A stretch of DNA of 64,000 bases from an uncultured Spirochaetaceae bacterium (lineage in GTDB: Bacteria; Spirochaetota; Spirochaetia; Treponematales; Treponemataceae). The notes under the pieces are model-generated. The model was not told the DNA's origin, searched no databases, and saw only the letters and a program-made list of their open reading frames with translations. The position numbers were made by a program, and so were the translations under genes. Positions 48,211 through 57,259 of the stretch are shown in pieces. Positions within the stretch are counted from its first letter, which is position 1, and each line of letters begins with the position of its first letter. The stretch covers positions 22,200-86,199 of the forward strand of contig CADBBB010000006.1 in assembly GCA_902792795.1 (NCBI GenBank), in the 5' to 3' direction.

Positions 48211-49464
48211 ATGGAAAATAGGATTTATTATGGTGAATATTCATTAAAACACTGGATTGACATGATATTAAAAAAGAAAATTACATTGCCCGAATATCAG
48301 CGGAGTTTTGTGTGGTCTGAAAAGGCTGTAAAAAGATTTATTAAATCACTAAAAGATAAACAATTTATCCCTCCTGTAACCATTGCTCATTATAAAATTG
48401 AGAATGATGAAAAAGAAACAAATTATATATTGGATGGGCAGCAAAGACTTACTTCGTTATTACTTGCCAGGATAAACTATTTTCCAGATAAAAATAAATT
48501 TAAGAAATCAGACGATGTAACAAAAAGCGAAGATGACAGTGAAGATGAAGAGGATCCTGAAAAATCAAAACCTATTGAATGGACATTTGATCAACTTCTT
48601 AAATTGGGGAGTGATATAGAAAGTATAAAAAATAGGGCAAATGAATCTGATAAATACTATTCATTAAAACTTGAGGTTAAAATAGATGATAAGTTTTTAG
48701 ATAACACATTTCTTGGATTTTCGTATATTGTACCTGATTCAGAAAAGAAGGATGAAGTTCAAAAGTCCTTTTCAAAAACTTTTAGAGAGATAAATTATTT
48801 GGGAAAATCTTTATCGGCTCAAGAAAGCCGTCGTTCTTTGTATTTTATGAATGATAAATATAAAGATTTCTTAGATGGAAAGATAGAAAATGATGATGTT
48901 CTGAGTTCATTATCAATTACTGAAAATATGCAATCAAATAAAATTGACTTTGTTCGATATCTTGCAATTCTGTCACAATATAAAGCACAAGGATTTACTG
49001 GTAATGTTTTAAAATATTATTCATCTTATGCATCTCGAGAATCTTTTTATGCGGATTATGTTTCATTTATTGTTGGTATTGAACAAGAGAGTCATGAAGA
49101 TAAATTTAATGGTTTTGATATGGAAACGATTTTTCCTAATAACTCTTGGAAAGAAAGATTTAAAACATTAAAAACAGAAATAGTTGAATTAAAGGATAAA
49201 ATAAATTCATCAAAAGAAAAATCTAAAAGTGATTTTGATTCATGGATAGATGCAGACTACTATCTTTTTGGATTAATATATTATGTTCTTTTTGAGGGGT
49301 TAAAAGTTATTTTATCAGATTCTTTGATAAATGATTTGCAATCTATTATAGATAAGAAAAGACAAGATAAATTATCTTCATATTCAAGAAGTCCAAATAG
49401 ATTAGGATATCTTAGAGAACGTTTAAATGATTCAATTGTGATTTACGGAAAATATACGGAATAG
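48211..49464 (+). CDS. DUF262 (GmrS/ParB-like) domain protein
   Basis: LPEYQRSFVW, ILDGQQRLTSL, FREINYLGKSLS; no evident HNH domain. Confidence 0.88.
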   Translation: MENRIYYGEYSLKHWIDMILKKKITLPEYQRSFVWSEKAVKRFIKSLKDKQFIPPVTIAHYKIENDEKETNYILDGQQRLTSLLLARINYFPDKNKFKKSDDVTKSEDDSEDEEDPEKSKPIEWTFDQLLKLGSDIESIKNRANESDKYYSLKLEVKIDDKFLDNTFLGFSYIVPDSEKKDEVQKSFSKTFREINYLGKSLSAQESRRSLYFMNDKYKDFLDGKIENDDVLSSLSITENMQSNKIDFVRYLAILSQYKAQGFTGNVLKYYSSYASRESFYADYVSFIVGIEQESHEDKFNGFDMETIFPNNSWKERFKTLKTEIVELKDKINSSKEKSKSDFDSWIDADYYLFGLIYYVLFEGLKVILSDSLINDLQSIIDKKRQDKLSSYSRSPNRLGYLRERLNDSIVIYGKYTE

Positions 49465-49470
49465 TTGATT

Positions 49471-50232
49471 ATGGAAAATGGAAAACATACAAAATTTATA
49501 CTTACGCCTATTTTTGAAATTTTAGAGGACTGTGTAAATGCAACAAAAGGGATAAGTTCAGGAATTGAAACCTATCCTCTTTGTGATTACATAATGCAAA
49601 CTACATTTCTAAAAATGACAGGGGCTAGCGAACAAAAATTAAAATGTATTTTATGGGAGATTGCAACAAATGATTATACATTTCGATATGATTTTTTAAA
49701 AACAAGTTATGGCGAATGTTCTGCATTGGACGATAAAAAGAAAGTTTTTAATGTTTTAAAGGATCAAGTCAAAGCAATGAATCCTGATAAAGAATTATTT
49801 GATAAAATTTATGATAATGATACTAAAACTAAAATTCAGGAAAAGTCAGGACAAGAGATAATACTTTTATTTGAACATTCCATTTTATCTATATGGCAGG
49901 GAAAAGAATTTAATAATTTCAAAAATTATTCATCAGATTTAATTAATAATCATTTTTGTAATTTTCCAACGAAAAAAAATCAAATAGACAAACGTAATAT
50001 TTCATTGATTGATGGAATTATTGATTATTACAGAATTGTCTTTAAACATAGAAATCGGTGTGCACATAATCTAAAATCATATCAAACAAATCTTCCTGAT
50101 TTATCTACACTAGTGAACAAGGACTATGATTATGAAAATTATTTTTTTAGATTTTCAATTTTAGTTTTATTAGATGAGATTTTTATGAAAATGTATTCTG
50201 AATACCTAAATCTTTTAGAGAATAATATATAA
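49471..50232 (+). CDS. Putative HEPN ribonuclease
   Basis: Helical protein with MTGASEQK and RxxxxH motif HRNRCAHN. Confidence 0.7.
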   Translation: MENGKHTKFILTPIFEILEDCVNATKGISSGIETYPLCDYIMQTTFLKMTGASEQKLKCILWEIATNDYTFRYDFLKTSYGECSALDDKKKVFNVLKDQVKAMNPDKELFDKIYDNDTKTKIQEKSGQEIILLFEHSILSIWQGKEFNNFKNYSSDLINNHFCNFPTKKNQIDKRNISLIDGIIDYYRIVFKHRNRCAHNLKSYQTNLPDLSTLVNKDYDYENYFFRFSILVLLDEIFMKMYSEYLNLLENNI

Positions 50233-50244
50233 GGATAAAAGGCT

Positions 50245-53200
50245 ATGGCAAAGTTAAAACAATTCAACGGAAGATTCTGTGAATACGACTTCGAAAACGT
50301 CTTCATTCAGTATCTTGAAGATGCAGGATGGACTTATCAGGCAGGAGATGATATTGTTCGCTCAAAACTGGATGAAACTCTTATCCTTGATGATTTGAAA
50401 TCGTTTTTAAAAGACTCTAATCCTGATTTGCCGGAAGAAGACATTACTCAAATCTGCGACACAATGCGTCTTCTTGGTGGTCAGACTGAATTTGAAACTT
50501 TGCACAAAGCCTACAATCATTTTATTGATGGGCTCCAATTTACTGGCAGTGATGGAATTCCTCGCACAATAAACTTTATCAATTTTGACGATGCAGACAA
50601 AAACATTTTTAAGGTCGTAAATCAGTTCACTGTAGAATACATAAATAACAACGAAAAGAAAAATCGCCGTCCGGATGTTCTCCTTTATGTTAATGGATTC
50701 CCGCTTTGTATTATTGAGCTGAAAAATCCAGCTGATGACAAGGCAACGATTCACGATGCTTTTGAGCAGATTACCGTCCGTTACTGGAGAGATATTCCGC
50801 ATCTTCTTCATTACTGTCCTTTGGCATGTATTAGTGACGGAGTTAAAACAAGGCTTGGCACTGTAAAAACCCCTTATGAGCATTTTTATACATGGAGGCG
50901 AATTAACGATGACCAGCCAATTGCAGATTCTTCTTTAGATGAATTTGAATGTCTCGTATATGGCGTTTATGCACCTGCTCGATTCCTTGAAATATTTAGA
51001 GATTATGTCTACTTTCAAGATAAAATCTTTGATCCTAACGAAGTAGAAATTGTCTGCCGTTATCCTCAGTTTTTTGCAACACGACTTTTAAGGGAAAGCA
51101 TAAAAAAATCGGTAATTACTCACAGTGGAAAAGGCGGAACTTATTTTGGCGCCACTGGCTGTGGAAAGACTTATACAATGGCATTTTTGGCTCGTCAGCT
51201 CAGCCTTCGTTGTACAAAAGAACTTGGTTCTCCGACCGTCCTAATGATTGTAGACCGCGAAGACCTCCAGAAGCAGGGGATAAAATTATTTGGAAAATCA
51301 AAAGAATTCTTGAGTCTCGGAGAAGTAAAGGTTGTTAAGACTAGAAAAGAACTTAGGAATGAATTAAAGATTCGTGAGTCAGGTGGATTTTATATTACGA
51401 CAATCCAAAAATTCTGTGACAGAAAAGATGACCCGATTGGCTTGATAAACGAAAGAAATAATATCATCTGTTTTAGTGATGAAGCCCATAGAACTCAGCT
51501 GGAAAACGCAAAACAGATAAAGTTCACCAAAGATGCAGACCAGAATATGAAAGCTCTTGTCTCAAAACCATATGCAAAAGTTCTTAGAGAAGCACTTCCG
51601 AATGCAACTTTTGTCGGTTTTACAGGAACACCAATCGACGAAACTTACCAGACTTTTGGAGAAGAGATTGACCGCTACACAATGGATCAGGCTGTAGCGG
51701 ACGGTCTTACTGTTCCAATTAAATACCATCCACGCATTGCAAAAGTTCTGGCAGATCCAAAAACTGTCGCTCAGATTGAAGCTTATTACAAAAAGTGTGC
51801 GGATGAAGGAGCAACTGCAGAAGATATAAAAGCAAGTAAAGAGGCCATGAGTTCTATGGAAATAATTCTTGGTGAGCCGGGAAGACTTTCAAAACTTGCA
51901 ATTGATATTCATGATGATTTTACCAGCCGCTGCGAAAAAGACCCAGAACGAGTTCAGAAGGCAATGATTGTCTGTGCAAATAGAAAAATTGCTTATGACC
52001 TTTTGTGTCAGTTCAAAGAAAAATATCCCGAATGGTTTGAGGAAAAGAAGCATCCTGATGGAATGAAAGTGGATGCAGAAAAACTTTCTGAACTTAAGGA
52101 TATGCCATATATTGCAATGGTTGCTAGTGTCGGTTCAAATGACAAAGAAGAAATGTACAACTATCTTGGCGGCGTAAAAAACGATGAACGAAGTGACAAA
52201 CTTGATGTTGCATTTAAACAGCCGGAATCAAATCTTCGTCTTGTTATTGTAGTTGATATGTGGATTACAGGCTTTAGCGTTGATACTTTGACTTACATGT
52301 ATAACGATAAGCCTCTTCAGAAGCACGGACTTATTCAGACAATCAGTCGTGTAAACAGAAAATACCCCGGAAAGGATTACGGTCTTATTATTGACTACAT
52401 CGGTATTCGGGAAAATATGCTTGAAGCGATGAAAGTGTATGGCGGCGGACAGGGCGGAAAAGGTCCTTCTACAGATGACATTGAACAGGCTACTGAAATC
52501 TTCCGTGAAAATCTTGAAATCATAAAAGCTCTTTTCAAAGAATTTGATTTAAGTCCTTTTATCGATACAAACACAACTGATATACAAAGATACAAACTTT
52601 TGAATTTGGCTGCAGAATATGTTTATAAATCTACAGAAGAGTTGAATCTTGAAAATAAGGGAATAAAAGCTGCAAAGAAAGTTTCTTTCAAGACATATTT
52701 CTTGAAAATAGTAAAAAGACTTAGAGCTGCTTACGATATTTGCCAGCCTTCAGGAGAGCTTTCTGAAGAAGAATCTGCATTAGCTCAAAGCTTTATGGCG
52801 ATTGCAGGCTTTGTTCGCAAAATGAGCGGCACAACGGATTTAGATACAGATTCAATGAATAAGTATGTGGCAAAAATGGTTGAAGAGGCACTTAAATACA
52901 GCAATGTGGAAAACATCCTTCAAGAAGGAGACCAGGTAGATATTCTTGGCCCAGAATTCCTGGAACGTTTGGCTGATGTAAAAATGCCAGCAACTCGCCT
53001 TGAAGTCTTGATGAAGCTTCTCCGTAAGAAAATTACTGAATATGGAAAAGTAAATAAAGCATCCGCAAAAAAATATAAAGATATGCTGGATGAAACAATT
53101 GCTCTGTATCATGACAGAAGAAAAGCTCTTTCTGCACAGGAAGCGGGAGATACTCAGGAAATTACAGCAGATCAGATTATTGCAAGCGCAACGATTCAGG

Positions 53201-53583
53201 CAGAAACAATTTTGAAAGATTTGAATGAAGATAAAGAGCGCTTTAGAAAACTGGGCTTAACATTTGAAGAAATGGCATTCTATGACATTCTGATAAAAAT
53301 GCGTGATGAAAAAGATTTTGAATATGGCGAGGATATTTTTGATGCAGATGTCGGCATTATGGTAAACAAGAAAATCCAGAAGCTTGCAAAGAAAATAAAA
53401 GAACTGATTGACTTAAAATCAAGCTTCACAGATTGGTTGAACAACATCAATGTTCGTAATCAGCTCAAATCAGATATTAAATTCTGTCTGTTTGATAATG
53501 GATATCCACCGATTTATTCTCAGGATGTGTTTAATCAGGTAATGGAGCAGGTAGAGAATTATAAAACTTATGAGGAAGAGTAA
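50245..53583 (+). CDS. hsdR: Type I R-M restriction subunit
   Basis: RPDV..YVNG.P..IIELK nuclease motif, GATGCGKT, DEAHR, FTGTP, QTISRVNR. Confidence 0.96.
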   Translation: MAKLKQFNGRFCEYDFENVFIQYLEDAGWTYQAGDDIVRSKLDETLILDDLKSFLKDSNPDLPEEDITQICDTMRLLGGQTEFETLHKAYNHFIDGLQFTGSDGIPRTINFINFDDADKNIFKVVNQFTVEYINNNEKKNRRPDVLLYVNGFPLCIIELKNPADDKATIHDAFEQITVRYWRDIPHLLHYCPLACISDGVKTRLGTVKTPYEHFYTWRRINDDQPIADSSLDEFECLVYGVYAPARFLEIFRDYVYFQDKIFDPNEVEIVCRYPQFFATRLLRESIKKSVITHSGKGGTYFGATGCGKTYTMAFLARQLSLRCTKELGSPTVLMIVDREDLQKQGIKLFGKSKEFLSLGEVKVVKTRKELRNELKIRESGGFYITTIQKFCDRKDDPIGLINERNNIICFSDEAHRTQLENAKQIKFTKDADQNMKALVSKPYAKVLREALPNATFVGFTGTPIDETYQTFGEEIDRYTMDQAVADGLTVPIKYHPRIAKVLADPKTVAQIEAYYKKCADEGATAEDIKASKEAMSSMEIILGEPGRLSKLAIDIHDDFTSRCEKDPERVQKAMIVCANRKIAYDLLCQFKEKYPEWFEEKKHPDGMKVDAEKLSELKDMPYIAMVASVGSNDKEEMYNYLGGVKNDERSDKLDVAFKQPESNLRLVIVVDMWITGFSVDTLTYMYNDKPLQKHGLIQTISRVNRKYPGKDYGLIIDYIGIRENMLEAMKVYGGGQGGKGPSTDDIEQATEIFRENLEIIKALFKEFDLSPFIDTNTTDIQRYKLLNLAAEYVYKSTEELNLENKGIKAAKKVSFKTYFLKIVKRLRAAYDICQPSGELSEEESALAQSFMAIAGFVRKMSGTTDLDTDSMNKYVAKMVEEALKYSNVENILQEGDQVDILGPEFLERLADVKMPATRLEVLMKLLRKKITEYGKVNKASAKKYKDMLDETIALYHDRRKALSAQEAGDTQEITADQIIASATIQAETILKDLNEDKERFRKLGLTFEEMAFYDILIKMRDEKDFEYGEDIFDADVGIMVNKKIQKLAKKIKELIDLKSSFTDWLNNINVRNQLKSDIKFCLFDNGYPPIYSQDVFNQVMEQVENYKTYEEE

Positions 53584-53640
53584 ATTTAAAAATCAATCTT
53601 AGGTAGAGCTGTTATGTGGATAATATAGGTGAGGTTCAAA

Positions 53641-55191
53641 ATGGATCTATACGATGAAATTTTCAATTTCGAAGTAAATACAAAAGAATATGGAAATTTA
53701 TTTTTTAAATCCTACCCTGAAGATGAAAAACGCAAAGCGATTTCTGAAATAATTAATAATAATTTAGATGAAAGTGATTTGTTTAGAGAATTGTTTAAAA
53801 GTGTTTATTCTAGGGCTAAAGGAAACAAATTAACTTTTAATGACATAGATTTAGCTTTAATTACAGAAGAAGAAAAAAAAGATTTCCTAAGCCAGTTTTT
53901 TATTAGGCATTTTTATAAATATGAATACGACAATACAAAAACAATAAAAGAAAATTTTACCTTAGCAAAAGAGCTTGAGCAAGAACAACTTTTAGAATAT
54001 TCAAAAACACAGTCATTGGCAGATAAAGTGTTTAATGACATCGTTCAACGAGAAAGATCGATAGGACAAATTTTAAACGGAAGTTCTATTCATAATATAA
54101 ATAACTATATTTTAAATATGAAAAATATACTTCCAGCAATAAATTATATCACACCGGCTTCAAATTTTGCATTTGAAGCTTCAAAGTATGAAAGATGTTT
54201 TAAACTTATTTCCGAAAATTATGATTTATACAATTCAGTATTTAACAATAATTATTATTCATCTTTAGAGAGCGCTATAAATAAATTTAATATTGCAACC
54301 TCGTCTTGGTTTGGAAGAATTGAATCATTGCCACCTAGCATGACTTTTTCTAAGCAACTGGATATATTAAGCGGCAGCAAAGCTTTTAACGCTCTTGATG
54401 ATACTTTAAAATTAGCGCGAACATATATACCTGAAAATTATGGTATTTCCGGGTTATATAAAGACTGTTTTTCAAATATAAGTATCTACATAAAAAACAA
54501 AGAAGATGAAGATGAACCAGATTATTGCTTGAATGATATAGAATACGACAAGGGGTTTATTGAGTTTTTGCATGATATACCAGAAAAAGATGTATTGAAG
54601 TTCCTTACACACCTACAAGATTATCCGTATTTGGCATTGCTTGATGATGTTGGTAAATCTATTTTTGACGCAGTTCAATCAAAAATAACTGATTGTACAA
54701 AAACAATATCAGGACAAGTTTTTTATCGCGCTCGTGCAAAAGAGCAGCAGAAAGAAAATTTTACGACAAATCAAATAGGCAGTCCCCAATATGGTGTTCC
54801 AGGAATGGGAAGATATAATTTTTTAGGCAAGCCGTATTATTATGTAGCAAGTGATGTAGAAACGGCAAGAAAAGAAGTGGAGTGCGAAAAATATCCTTCA
54901 AGCACTGTTATGAAATTAAATCAAGAAAAACAAATGAATGTTTTTGATATTTCCACAGAAGACTGTCCGCTAGTCACTTATTGTAATATTGATAAAGGAG
55001 ACGGCAATGACTATACGCCGTATCTTGTTCCTAGTTTTATTTCAGTTTGTTGCGCATATTTGAATAAGAAAAAAAGGCACAGCGTAGACGCAATAAAATA
55101 TAGGAGCGTGAAAAATCCTGGCGGTTTTTGCTATGTTATTCTTGATAAATCATATAATGATTTTTTTGATGATGGAGAGATAGTTTTGTAA
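53641..55191 (+). CDS. RES domain protein with long helical N-terminus
   Basis: FYRAR, GRYN, YYVAS...A..E, AIKYRSV (R-E-S residues). Confidence 0.8.
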   Translation: MDLYDEIFNFEVNTKEYGNLFFKSYPEDEKRKAISEIINNNLDESDLFRELFKSVYSRAKGNKLTFNDIDLALITEEEKKDFLSQFFIRHFYKYEYDNTKTIKENFTLAKELEQEQLLEYSKTQSLADKVFNDIVQRERSIGQILNGSSIHNINNYILNMKNILPAINYITPASNFAFEASKYERCFKLISENYDLYNSVFNNNYYSSLESAINKFNIATSSWFGRIESLPPSMTFSKQLDILSGSKAFNALDDTLKLARTYIPENYGISGLYKDCFSNISIYIKNKEDEDEPDYCLNDIEYDKGFIEFLHDIPEKDVLKFLTHLQDYPYLALLDDVGKSIFDAVQSKITDCTKTISGQVFYRARAKEQQKENFTTNQIGSPQYGVPGMGRYNFLGKPYYYVASDVETARKEVECEKYPSSTVMKLNQEKQMNVFDISTEDCPLVTYCNIDKGDGNDYTPYLVPSFISVCCAYLNKKKRHSVDAIKYRSVKNPGGFCYVILDKSYNDFFDDGEIVL

Positions 55192-55312
55192 AAAGATTAA
55201 GTTCCAAACTTAATTCTTTTTATCAGCGTTTGCGCTATAATTCTTGACAACAAGTTTAGCATGTGCAAGATGCATGTAGACTGAAAAAAGCAATGTTTTA
55301 GGAGGTGACACA

Positions 55313-56728
55313 ATGACCATACAAGAAGAAATCCAAAATGGTGAAAGCCGCACATTAGAATATAAAGCAACGCTTCCTCATGATTCACAAAAATGGATAA
55401 AAACAATTGTTGCTTTTGCAAACGGAGCTGGCGGAAAGTTTGTTCTTGGCGTAAACAATCAACGCGAGTTTGTAGGTCTTGCAAAATCTGTAGATTTGTT
55501 TGAACTTAAGGACAACATTGCTGACACAATCAGCCAAATGTGCGAGCCGCAGATTATGTTCGACATTACAGCCGAGATGGTAGACGAAGCTCAACTTTTG
55601 ATTGTAAATGTGTTTCCGGGAAACGCAACTCCTTATTACATAAAAGCTTTGGGTAAAGAAAACGGCATATTTATCCGTCTTGGAGCGACAACCCGCAACG
55701 CAGACTGGACTGCTTTGGAGGAACTTTCTAACCGTGGCCGCCATGTTTATTATGATGAGTTTGCCTGTCCTAGTGTGAAGGTTGAGGATGAGGATATAAA
55801 ATATCTTTGCAAGGATTTTTCTGAACGCGCAGAGCGGAGGATTACAAGAAAAGATTTGGAGAACCTGAATCTTATAATCGGCAATAAAAAAGATACAGCG
55901 ACTAATGCCTATGCAATTCTTTTGGGAAAGCATGATTATACATCCCGTATCCAGTGCGCTAGATTCCGTGGAACAGATCGTGTCGACTTTCTTGATAAAA
56001 AAGAATATGAAGGTCCTCTTTGCGAGCAGATAGACGGAGCCTATAAATTTGTTCTGAACTATTTGAGCATGTCGGTGGAAATCAATGGAATTGTTCACAA
56101 AGAAAAGTATGAACTTCCTCACAAGGCAATCCGCGAGCTTATTATTAATGCAGTTATTCACCGAAATTATCAAATGAGTTCCAGCGTTCAAGTTGCGGTT
56201 TATGATGACCGAGTTGAGATTTCTTCGCCGGGAAGCATATATGGTTCTTTGACCCTTGAAGAAGCTTTGTCAGGCCGTTCTTCAATCCGCAATAAAACGC
56301 TTGCGCGCACTCTTGAAAAGATAGATGTCCTTGAAGGCTGGGGTTCTGGCTTTAAGCGCATTTTTGCAGAATGCGATGAATATGGAGTAGACAGACCAGA
56401 GTTCCTTGAAATTGGCGATATGCTCCGTGTAAACTTTTACCGTCCTTCGTATAAGAAAAACGGCGATAAAGCCCAAAAAACGGCGATAAACTCAAAAATC
56501 GGCGATAAATCGGCGATAAATCAAAGTGTCGGCGATAAATCGGCGATAAACTACAAAGACAAAATTCTGGAATATCTTTCTAAACATTCCAAAGCCCGTT
56601 CACAGGATATTGCTTTGTTTATCGGCTTGAAACAATCACGTACAAAAGACTATCTTTCTGAACTCGTTGAAGATGGCAAGATTGTTGCCAATGGCGCTAA
56701 CAGGAACAGGACATATTCGTTAAAATAA
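55313..56728 (+). CDS. AlbA_2/Schlafen plus HATPase_c_4 plus wHTH protein
   Basis: GESRTLEYK, IVAFANGAGG, RELIINAVIHRNY, EISSPG, EGWGSG, C-terminal HTH. Confidence 0.88.
   Translation: MTIQEEIQNGESRTLEYKATLPHDSQKWIKTIVAFANGAGGKFVLGVNNQREFVGLAKSVDLFELKDNIADTISQMCEPQIMFDITAEMVDEAQLLIVNVFPGNATPYYIKALGKENGIFIRLGATTRNADWTALEELSNRGRHVYYDEFACPSVKVEDEDIKYLCKDFSERAERRITRKDLENLNLIIGNKKDTATNAYAILLGKHDYTSRIQCARFRGTDRVDFLDKKEYEGPLCEQIDGAYKFVLNYLSMSVEINGIVHKEKYELPHKAIRELIINAVIHRNYQMSSSVQVAVYDDRVEISSPGSIYGSLTLEEALSGRSSIRNKTLARTLEKIDVLEGWGSGFKRIFAECDEYGVDRPEFLEIGDMLRVNFYRPSYKKNGDKAQKTAINSKIGDKSAINQSVGDKSAINYKDKILEYLSKHSKARSQDIALFIGLKQSRTKDYLSELVEDGKIVANGANRNRTYSLK
56461..56550 (+). repeat. Six copies of CGGCGATAAA inside the AlbA gene
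   Basis: Copies start at 56461, 56481, 56500, 56511, 56530 and 56541. Confidence 0.95.
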
Positions 56729-56742
56729 AAAAGGAGCAAACC

Positions 56743-57258
56743 ATGAAACTATTAATCGTAATTGACATGCAGAATGATTTTATTGACGGTTCGCTTGGAA
56801 CAAAAGAGGCTGTGGCGATTGTTCCGAATGTCGCGAAAAAAATTGAAGAGGCGCGGGGCGCTGGCGAGATTGTTGTGTTCACCCGCGACACGCACCAAAA
56901 AAACTATCTTGAAACTCAAGAAGGAAAAAATCTTCCGGTTCTGCACTGCGTTGAAGGAACTGACGGCTGGCAGATTTCTAGCAAGCTTAAAGTGGGAAAC
57001 AGCCGCATTTTTAACAAGCCTTCGTTTGGCTCAATGGAACTCGCCGACTATGCCGCAAGTCTGACCGGATTGGAAGAAATCGAGCTTGTCGGCCTTTGCA
57101 CTGGAATCTGCGTCATAAGCAATGCGTTCATTCTTAAAGCTAAGCTGCCGGAAGTGAAGATTTCGGTTGACGCAAACTGTTGCGCCTGCGTGACTCCAGA
57201 AAGCCATAAGAACGCGCTAGCCGCCATGAAGCTTTGTCAAATAAATTGTGAATCATAA
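56743..57258 (+). CDS. Isochorismatase/nicotinamidase family cysteine hydrolase
   Basis: VIDMQNDF, TRDTH, HC, KPSFG, GLCTGICV. Confidence 0.92.
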   Translation: MKLLIVIDMQNDFIDGSLGTKEAVAIVPNVAKKIEEARGAGEIVVFTRDTHQKNYLETQEGKNLPVLHCVEGTDGWQISSKLKVGNSRIFNKPSFGSMELADYAASLTGLEEIELVGLCTGICVISNAFILKAKLPEVKISVDANCCACVTPESHKNALAAMKLCQINCES

Positions 57259-57259
57259 A

